Positions 1-7,700 of a stretch of DNA of 19,465 bases are shown in pieces. Source of the DNA: Candidatus Altimarinota bacterium (GTDB taxonomy: Bacteria > Patescibacteriota > Gracilibacteria > JBDHUY01); contig JBDHUY010000024.1 of NCBI GenBank assembly GCA_039809385.1, positions 1 to 19,465 of the forward strand, given 5' to 3'. The notes under the pieces were generated by a model. That model searched no databases and was not told the origin of the DNA. It was given only the letters and a program-made list of their open reading frames with translations. A program made the position numbers and the translations under genes. How positions within the stretch are numbered: position 1 is the first letter of the stretch; the number at the start of each line of letters is the position of its first letter.

Positions 1-21
1 ATGGATATGAGAACAGTAGAA

Positions 22-121
22 ATCTACAAAAGTAGAAATCTAATACGGGTATTAAACTATTCCACCTCACGATGCGGGTCATGGAATCTACAAAAGTAGA
101 AATCTAATACGGGTATTAAAC
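22..121 (-). CRISPR. Type V-A-like CRISPR array, leader-proximal end: 2 identical 36-bp repeats (22-57, 86-121), one 28-bp spacer (58-85), and a probable partial spacer (1-21)
   Basis: ATCTACAAAAGTAGAAATCTAATACGGGTATTAAAC occurs twice. The reverse complement GTTTAATACCCGTATTAGATTTCTACTTTTGTAGAT ends in the Cas12a-type handle (TTTCTAC-loop-GTAGAT). It lies directly downstream of cas2 and probably continues beyond the window edge. Confidence 0.95.
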
Positions 122-286
122 AGCTGATATGTTTTTCATAAGCCAAAAAGATGCAAATCGCGAACATATTGTCGGGACGACTTTTCGGCTTATGAATTGG
201 TCTTTGAAAAAATAAAGACCGGGGTTTGCAAAAGGTAATACCGATACGGGGACTTCCACTTTATCGAATTGGGAATGATCAAATCG
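122..286 (-). promoter_or_regulatory. CRISPR leader region
   Basis: Non-coding, partly AT-rich segment between the cas2 stop and the first repeat. It lies on the 5' side of the repeat as oriented by the Cas12a handle. Confidence 0.7.
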
Positions 287-565
287 TTACAGGAATACTA
301 TATCATGGTCCTCGGTCTTTGGAAACCCGAATTTCAGCGTTTTTTTCATACATCCCTCGCAAAGCGTAAAGATCAAAACGCTATCCGCTCCGGTAAAACG
401 TTTCTCGTACCGCTCTGTCAGCTCCGTGGTGATAGCGCCTATCACCCGCGGACTGTTTTTGATCTCAAACACAGAATACTGGATCCTCCGGCCAAACTTT
501 TTCAGGAACTTTGAAAAATCCGTCCGGGTTTTGTCACTCTCGATATCGTAGGTAATCAGAAGCAT
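287..565 (-). CDS. cas2: CRISPR-associated endoribonuclease Cas2
   Basis: 92 aa with N-terminal LITYDI and the GRRIQYSVFE motif; follows cas1. Confidence 0.96.
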   Translation of the reverse strand: MLLITYDIESDKTRTDFSKFLKKFGRRIQYSVFEIKNSPRVIGAITTELTERYEKRFTGADSVLIFTLCEGCMKKTLKFGFPKTEDHDIVFL

Positions 566-576
566 ACGATGCTACG

Positions 577-1539
577 TTAGGAATCTTTGATCGTAAACAC
601 CGGAAATTCGTGGCTGTCCTGCATAATCGCCCGGTAATACGCCTGCACGTAGCGAAAAATCGCCTCCTTGTGTTTGATCAGCTGCTCGAAAAAAATCCGC
701 GTGTACTTTTGCGCGTGCTGAAAGTCCAGCTGGTACTGATCCTGGTGAATCGTAAAATCTTTCGGATTCACCTGCCCCAGATGGAACGCCCGCAAGAGAG
801 CCGCATCGATAATGCAGCGAAAGGGTTCGACCAGATCGCACACCAGGGATTTCCGGTCGTAAAACAATTGATGGTATACCCCCATATACGGATCAAATCC
901 GTACAGCCTGAGATGCGCGTCGATCAGATTAAACAAAAACGTATACCCGATATCCAGCAGCGTATTGGGAATATCGTACTTGGTACGCGGCAGCCGTTTG
1001 TGCCAGCCGATATCGGCAAAATAGGCCTGAAAAAACAGTTTCGACACACTGCCCTCGAGTCCCAGCAGCGTATCGTTACTCTCCGCCGTATGTATTTTCT
1101 GTTCAATAGTTTCGCATTGTTTGATCGCATCCCTGAGCTCGCTGGTCTTGTCGCGAATCGATTTGAGCAGAAGGATTTGGTTCTGCGCCTTATTCGAGAC
1201 CAGATGCCGCGCCACCGGCAGCGCGCCGGTAAAAGCATATTGCTTGATGCGCAAAACATAATTTCCCTCGGTCGTAGCACCGATGATCGCAAAAGGTTCA
1301 AAGTTCTGACGCATAAAGATAAAAGAGATCCCGAACTTCAGCGCCTTTTTGATCAGATAGGTGGTAAACGACGTATCGCCGATAATAAAGACGCAAAAGA
1401 TGCGGTGACACGAAACCTGCGAAATGGTCTCGCGATTCCATTTGACGACCACATTGTCATTATGAAATTCGAGGCGCTTGCCTTCCTGCGCTTCCACAAA
1501 CAGAATCTGTTTTTCTTTAAAATCGGGATAGGATAGCAT
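577..1539 (-). CDS. cas1: Type V CRISPR-associated integrase Cas1
   Basis: 320 aa. MLSYPDFKEKQI N-terminus typical of type V-A Cas1; LLGLEG, NTLLDIGYTFL, GVYH and SLVCDLVEPFR supply the catalytic E/H/D-E motifs. Confidence 0.96.
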   Translation of the reverse strand: MLSYPDFKEKQILFVEAQEGKRLEFHNDNVVVKWNRETISQVSCHRIFCVFIIGDTSFTTYLIKKALKFGISFIFMRQNFEPFAIIGATTEGNYVLRIKQYAFTGALPVARHLVSNKAQNQILLLKSIRDKTSELRDAIKQCETIEQKIHTAESNDTLLGLEGSVSKLFFQAYFADIGWHKRLPRTKYDIPNTLLDIGYTFLFNLIDAHLRLYGFDPYMGVYHQLFYDRKSLVCDLVEPFRCIIDAALLRAFHLGQVNPKDFTIHQDQYQLDFQHAQKYTRIFFEQLIKHKEAIFRYVQAYYRAIMQDSHEFPVFTIKDS

Positions 1540-2191
1540 GGTATCGTGATAAAGGATTGCGGGCCTGCCGTCTGGCGGAGGGGATGCTCACTAATTGTAC
1601 TTGGTCTCGGGGACTCGGTTTTTCCCAGGCTCTCACCTGCGGTGCGCAGGAATCGCACAGTTCGCGGTAAATACAGCGGGCGCATTTCTCGGGATTGGCC
1701 ACAAATCCGCTCTGAGTAACCCGAAAGATGTGCATTCGCGATAACAGCAGATTAAATTCCAGAAGTTCCTTTCCGGACGGCAGATCCACCGGATACCGTT
1801 TGTTGTCTTTAAGGGAATGCAAAAAAAGCTTATTGATCTCATAGCCCATTTCCCGCATGGCAAAATATTGACCGTACACCTGGTACCGGTATCCGTCGTA
1901 TACTTGCCATATCCTGGTTTTTCGTTCGATCAAAGCCTTTTCCTTCCGGTCGTAGATGTCAATCTGCCCGCAGAGGCGATACTGTTCGCTGTACACGCGC
2001 AATCCCTGAAGATAGCGCTTCGCGCTTGAATACGTCCCCGCGTCGATGTTCTCGTGATTCAGCCGTCCCTCGATCTGCGGGGTATCGTGATAGAGCGAGG
2101 TGTCAAACCGCGCGTAGAGATTATGAAAATAGATCGACTTGGGACAAAAGATGAAATCGTTCAGCTGCGAGATCTGGAGGTAGGTTTCCAT
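1517..2191 (-). CDS. cas4: Type V CRISPR-associated exonuclease Cas4, with a C-terminal extension of about 40 aa
   Basis: ISQLNDFIFCPKSIYFH, a RecB-like GQIDIY...IERK motif, YQVYGQY, and C-terminal CARCIYRELC (four Fe-S cysteines in total). Confidence 0.95.
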   Translation of the reverse strand: METYLQISQLNDFIFCPKSIYFHNLYARFDTSLYHDTPQIEGRLNHENIDAGTYSSAKRYLQGLRVYSEQYRLCGQIDIYDRKEKALIERKTRIWQVYDGYRYQVYGQYFAMREMGYEINKLFLHSLKDNKRYPVDLPSGKELLEFNLLLSRMHIFRVTQSGFVANPEKCARCIYRELCDSCAPQVRAWEKPSPRDQVQLVSIPSARRQARNPLSRYHAILSRF

Positions 2192-2211
2192 GCTGCTGTA
2201 ATGTTCGTATC

Positions 2212-2240
2212 ATTATAGCATTGTTGTCTCGGCATTGCCA
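2212..2240 (-). promoter_or_regulatory. Sigma70-type promoter for cas4-cas1-cas2
   Basis: The minus strand reads TGGCAA-N17-TATAAT with an extended -10 (TGcTATAAT), 20 nt upstream of the cas4 ATG. Confidence 0.7.
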
Positions 2241-3788
2241 TCATTCCCGGGCTTTTTCCAATTTCATCTCCAAAATCCGGTCTACCCGGAACACCCGTTC
2301 CTCCTGCCGCGTCAGACAAAAGGCGCGTACCCCGAGGAAGGGTTTGCCCAGGTATTCTTCCTGCCCGACTTTCTTGACCAGGATCGTGCGTTTGGACTTC
2401 ACGTCCTGAGCTTTCAGGTAGGTAATGGCGACGGGAATCTTTTCCTTTTTAGCGCGTTGTAACAGTTCGATCTTATCCTCCAGCGACATGTTTTTTTCGG
2501 CAATCTCATACTGAAAGCGGGTCAAAAACCGGATCACCCGGTAATCGATCAGGAGCTGATTTTCTTTGAGCGGTTTGCGCAACACCAGTCCTTCAAGCGT
2601 GGTACAGCGGCTCAGGGCTACATACATCTGGCCGTGCGCAAACACACCCCGGCCGGTATCGACGATGACCCGTTCAAACGTTTTGCCCTGGCTTTTGTGG
2701 ATCGTCACCGCCCAGGCCAGCCGCACCGGCATCTGCCGAAACGATCCGACCGGCTCGGTATCGAGCTTTTTGGCCTTACCGTCGTACACATATCTTTTGA
2801 CCTCCCAGGTATGGGGCTCGACTTCAACCGTGGCGCCATTTTCCAGTTGAACTTCAAGAGCTTCCTTGTCAAGATCCAAAATCGTGCCAAGTGTTCCATT
2901 CACCCAGCGGCCGGCTGAATCATTGTTCAGAAACATAATGCGCGCGCCTTTCTTGAGCGTCAGCGACTCTTCGGTCGGAAAACTGCCAGAGGGAAATTCA
3001 CCCTTTATCCCGGCCAGGTAGCTGATGCTTTTGCCGGGCAGTTTATCGAGTTCCAGAGCGTTGATCCGGTCGGCCAGGTCGTTCGTGCTAGTGAGCGTGA
3101 TGTGTTCGTTGCTTTCAAACGCGGGATCCAGCCGAGTATGCAAGCGGTCCAGATGCTCCTCGGTCACGGTGCGGTTGCGCACAGCGTTGAGAATATCGAT
3201 GAAGGTCTGGTCGGATTGGCGGTAGATCTTTTCCAGTTCGACGAAGGTCAGCTCAAAGTCACGGTCGGTCATGACCCGGCTGCTAAAGAAAAAAGGGGAT
3301 TCGTAGGTCTCTTCGAAATAGGCGCGTTCGTCGCTTTTGACCACGGGCGGGAGCTGGTAGAGGTCTCCGACAAACAGAATTTGTACGCCGCCAAATGGTT
3401 GTTTTTTATGCAGAGCGCCGCGTAAGAAAAGGTCGATGTGGTCGAGCAGGTCGGCGCGGACCATCGAGATCTCGTCGATGATCATGAGGTCGATCTGGCG
3501 GTAGATGCTGTCGGGACCGGTCGATTTGGCTTTTTGGATGACTTCTTGCTCGGTGATGTGCGGCGGGAAGCGGAAGAACGAATGGATCGTTGCGCCGCCC
3601 ACATTGAGCGCGGCGACGCCCGTGGGGGCGAGTACCACGCAGTTTTTGGTCGTGTTTTCCAGGAAGTACTTCAAAAACGTCGATTTTCCGGTGCCGGCTT
3701 TGCCGGTGAGAAAGACGTTTTTATGTTCTTTTTCAAGGAGAGTAAAGGCGTGTTGGAAGGCGGGGGAGAGGTCGAGGGAGGGCGGCAT
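2241..3788 (-). CDS. Pif1/RecD-like SF1B helicase with C-terminal WYL domain
   Basis: Helicase motifs GKAGTGKST, APTGVAA, TIHSFF, IIDEISM, PFGG, GDLYQLPPV, YRQ, LAWAVTIHKSQG and GQMYVALSR. The last ~80 aa (ITY...KRTI...VRAFCLTRQEERVFRVDRI) fit the WYL pattern. Confidence 0.9.
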   Translation of the reverse strand: MPPSLDLSPAFQHAFTLLEKEHKNVFLTGKAGTGKSTFLKYFLENTTKNCVVLAPTGVAALNVGGATIHSFFRFPPHITEQEVIQKAKSTGPDSIYRQIDLMIIDEISMVRADLLDHIDLFLRGALHKKQPFGGVQILFVGDLYQLPPVVKSDERAYFEETYESPFFFSSRVMTDRDFELTFVELEKIYRQSDQTFIDILNAVRNRTVTEEHLDRLHTRLDPAFESNEHITLTSTNDLADRINALELDKLPGKSISYLAGIKGEFPSGSFPTEESLTLKKGARIMFLNNDSAGRWVNGTLGTILDLDKEALEVQLENGATVEVEPHTWEVKRYVYDGKAKKLDTEPVGSFRQMPVRLAWAVTIHKSQGKTFERVIVDTGRGVFAHGQMYVALSRCTTLEGLVLRKPLKENQLLIDYRVIRFLTRFQYEIAEKNMSLEDKIELLQRAKKEKIPVAITYLKAQDVKSKRTILVKKVGQEEYLGKPFLGVRAFCLTRQEERVFRVDRILEMKLEKARE

Positions 3789-3870
3789 ACTCGTAGAGCG
3801 TTATGATTGACGGATGAGCGATAATATGACAATATGGAATCGATCAGGAATGATCAAGAATTCCAGGGCT

Positions 3871-3898
3871 GAGGGGCCTCGCATCGGGGGTCCCTTTT
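3871..3898. terminator. GC-rich hairpin between the NYN and helicase genes
   Basis: On the + strand GAGGGGCCTC-gcatcg-GGGGTCCCTT forms a stem with G-U pairs, followed by a short T run. It starts just past the NYN stop codon. Confidence 0.4.
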
Positions 3899-3905
3899 GC
3901 GTATG

Positions 3906-4646
3906 TCAGCGGATATCTTTTTTCCAGCAGATGAAATCCCGTATTTTCTGGATCTCAAAGATGTAGAGCCCTTTCTCCCGCAGCGTATTGAATTCGTGCG
4001 CGACCCGCCGTACGGTGGAAAACAGCACGGCTTTTTTATTGATTTCAAGCAATGTCTCGACCGGATCGGCGAAATCGCTGTCGCCGCTCCAGAGTACAAA
4101 GTTTTCGATCCCGTTTTGTTCGCAGTCGGTCAAAATGTCGCGTCCGAGTTCGACGTCGAAGTTGCATTTGCGATCCTCGATGTATTTGACACCCTGGTCG
4201 TTGAGTTCTTTGAGCCTGGAATTGAGGTATTCGACGGTTTCGAGGCTGAATTTGGATAAAAGCGGTTTGCGGATGAAGTTTTGCAGGATGCTGGGGGAGT
4301 TGAGCGGAATGCTGGATACGTCTATGGGCAGGCGCATGAGTTTCACGGGTTTGGTTTTTACCTCGTATTCCAATTGCCGGGCGTCTTTGATGAATTCTTC
4401 CGAGGTTTCATCGCCGGTGAGTGTGCCGTAGTAGAGGCGTACTGCGGCCACCGTATCAAACGAATTGAACAGCTGCTTGAGGCGTCGGGCGTCGATATGC
4501 CAGCGCAGTTTGCGCTGCCAGCCCAATACATTGGCCCAGTCGATGTAGATGTTGGTCTTTTTGTCGAATATGGCTGTAAGGTCGGCGATGACACGGGGGT
4601 GTTTTTCGGCCAGTTCCTTTATTTTTTCGGTGGAGGGGGTGAACAT
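3906..4646 (-). CDS. NYN domain (LabA/DUF88-like PIN fold) ribonuclease
   Basis: 246 aa with the NYN acidic motifs NIYIDWANV, KCNFDVEL and LWSGDSDF. Confidence 0.88.
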   Translation of the reverse strand: MFTPSTEKIKELAEKHPRVIADLTAIFDKKTNIYIDWANVLGWQRKLRWHIDARRLKQLFNSFDTVAAVRLYYGTLTGDETSEEFIKDARQLEYEVKTKPVKLMRLPIDVSSIPLNSPSILQNFIRKPLLSKFSLETVEYLNSRLKELNDQGVKYIEDRKCNFDVELGRDILTDCEQNGIENFVLWSGDSDFADPVETLLEINKKAVLFSTVRRVAHEFNTLREKGLYIFEIQKIRDFICWKKDIR

Positions 4647-4766
4647 GGGGGGATGTGGTTTTATGCGCGGTTGGTTACTTGTTCGTATGATACTCTATCG
4701 GGTGGGGGATTGCCTAGGTGTTTATTGTTGAAGGAAGTCTGTAGTGGGGGGAGGATTTTTTATGTA

Positions 4767-7700
4767 TTATGGAATTGATTGTTTGTTCTTTAGTATAAGT
4801 TCTAGCCCACGTTTCGCGATGTTGTAGGCGGCAACATTGTCTGAATTATCTATTGTCTCTAAAGGTGACTTTGGAGTTTCTGTTGTAAACCCACAGTTCG
4901 TATTTTTGCAGATATATGTGTGTTTAATAACTTTATCATACTTGCGGTCTAGTGTATCGTTTTTTTCACCACAATAAGGACAAATTGAACTGGTGTCTTC
5001 TTTTGAAACAAAATGAATTATTCCAAATTGGTTAAGTGAGTTCACTGTGTCTTTCAAAAAAATTGTTTGCTTGAGATTCGGAGGAACGTGTCCTTCTTTT
5101 TGGAACTTTCGATACAATGCCCATTCTAATCGTCTAGCAATGTTCTCATTATTCGATAAAAAATGTCCCTGTATTTTATCTTCCAGATTTTCTAGGTTAA
5201 GGATACCTGGAAATTTTTTAAAAAGATGCGCTATAATACCAACCATGTTGGCAGCAATTGCATCGCGAAGGTTGTTTATCTCATCAATGGATATGTCCTG
5301 TTTATTTGGATCTTTTCGCAGTGTTTCCAAATATTCTTGTAATATGTTCCTTACCAAATTCCGTGACATAATCCTGTCTTGTTCAGTTCGGTAGTAGCAA
5401 AGAATCCTGTATGCATTTCTCTCATTATTATTTAACTTTATGAGAAAGGACTGTCTAAACTTTTGTTCAGGCCACATCGCATGATGATCATCGCAATACT
5501 CTATGTCAGCAGCTGGATCGATCCTGCTAAAAATATCGAATAATCGTCGTTTTGCATTTGCTTTTTTCAAATTCAGATAGGTGCTTGTATCACCGTCCAA
5601 AATAATTCTACCTTTTATAACCTTAGCAGTTGTGAGATCAATAAAAGAAACTATTTTTTGTTCAAAGTATTTGGTTGGTTCTTCTTTGTCATCTATAAAA
5701 TACGATGGATTAGCCGAAATTTTAACTTCAATCTCTTTTCCCTTTGCATCAATAATTATTTTTTTTGTCGAGTTTGGATCTTTTATCTGATATACCGAGA
5801 TCTCGGGAAAAAACGGTTTTGAAAATCTTTGTACAGTTCCAGTCGAGAGGGTTGCTTCATATTCCTCTTTAGACCATTTCACGACACCAAGAGTTGCAAG
5901 TTCCTGATTTCCTCGGTCAATACCAAAATAATGAAGGTTCTCTGTATTTTTCTCAATAAACTCGCCAATAACTTCTTTATTGAATGTTGTAATTTTATCT
6001 ATCAAATCTTTCTTCTCAGCGAATGTTGTATTCAATTCTCTTTGAGCGGCATTTTCCGTTATTGTAAAAGAAACACGAAAATGATCTTTCGAAAAACGGT
6101 TGTTCTGCTTTTTTTGTTCCTGTGATTGGGCTTTTCTATAAAAAAGTCTTAATTCCGGATTTAATCGTACAGGAAAATACTGAGACTGATTTTCCGATGA
6201 CCAAAACTTGTTCCAGATCTGTGTATGTTCTCGTTCTTTCGAGATTTCTCTTTCTAAATCATACGAGGTAATGTCTAGTCGGAGACTTCCATAATTGTTT
6301 TCCAATACTAGGATATGTTCCTTGGAAAGAGACCTTTTGGTGATAGCATACGTAATCTTCTCCATATCAGTCCTAAACTCTTCTTCAGAGGAGTAGTGCT
6401 TTGAAACAAGCTTTTGGATATCATCGGTAAAATCAGAAAAGTTTATACCAATAAGTGGAAGCTCTTTTGAAAGGGCTTTTTTGTAAAAAGATACTTTATC
6501 TTCATTAAAGGCGGGAATGTCTTTGGGATAATTTTTTCGTATGAGTTTTTCGAGAGCTCTCAATGTAAGTGAATTAAAAGTGATTACTGTGTCTCCATTT
6601 TTCGCGTGGTTAGTCCCTTCTAGGATTTTTTTTGCATCTGCTATCTTCTCTTTAGGAATGAGCAAGAGTGATCGTTTTTCTCCTTGTTCTAAAATATGAG
6701 CCCAGTATCTCAAAAGTCTTGCTTCAATTCTTTCCTGTTCAATGCCGCGAATCTCTGCTCGAAGTCTTCCATAAGCCATAGCTACCTTCTTATAAATTTT
6801 GTTGCAATATTGGTCTGAATAATCTTGAAATCCAAATTTTCCAATAAAATACTGCCCTTTTTTAGTTCGTTTTTTCCCAATCTCTTCTGATAAACTGTTT
6901 TCTCGGGAAAAATCTCTACTTTGTTTCGCTTGATTAATTTCATTACCAATTTGTTTTATTTCCTCAATCAATTGAACAAATTTTAGCAATGTATCTTCAG
7001 CAGCGTTAAAAAGTGGGAATTCATCTTGAATAAATTTCTTAATACGTTTTTTCTTTTCTGCATCATCGAATTGATTGTTACTTTGTACCTTATTCTGTTG
7101 TTTTCCAAAAAACAATCCGAGCTCTCCAAACCCGTTAAAAGACTTTCCTACAGCTGATGAGAGATCGATGTTTTTTATCGGTTCTGCTTTTGCAACTTTT
7201 TTCTCAGAAGCAATGTCAAACTCGTTATTCCACAATTCATTGTCTATGGCCTCATAAAAAGCCTTCTTTTGTTTTGCCCGGAAATCTTTTAGCCCCAAAT
7301 ATAGTTCTTGTAAAGAAATTCTCGACGGGTCATCTGAAGAATAGATTGGATTTCCATTACTATCAGTTCTTCCTTTTAAGTAGCTATTAAAACCAATTTT
7401 TTCTAGAAAAATCTTATCAAGTGCTCCTGTATAGGGAGTATCTAATAATTTCTTCTTTTCTTCCAAAATCTCGTCAAAGTTTAGCTTATTTATTTTATTT
7501 ATTGTGAATGCGTTGAAACTTGCCCGAGCGATTTCTGTACCAGAACTTTGGTTGGGAGAGAGTAAAAACAGAGCCTTTTCTAGTAACGTCTGGAATAGTT
7601 CGACCACCTTTTTAAGTTCCTCAAGAGCATGATTGGTATTTTTATCTTTGGAGTATTGTATGAGATCACGTATAAATAGGAAATAATCTGCTCCCCACAA

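Noticed and set aside
21-121. 37-bp repeat including the extra A at 21 and 85
   Set aside because: With only two copies a shared base can be chance, and the 36-bp form ends exactly in the canonical GTAGAT.
122-286. tracrRNA/anti-repeat in the leader or other intergenic gaps
   Set aside because: Only a short ATACGGG resemblance near 244-250 was seen, with no extended complementarity, and Cas12a-family effectors do not need a tracrRNA.
610-1536. 308-aa + strand ORF
   Set aside because: Antisense shadow of cas1 with no recognisable motifs.
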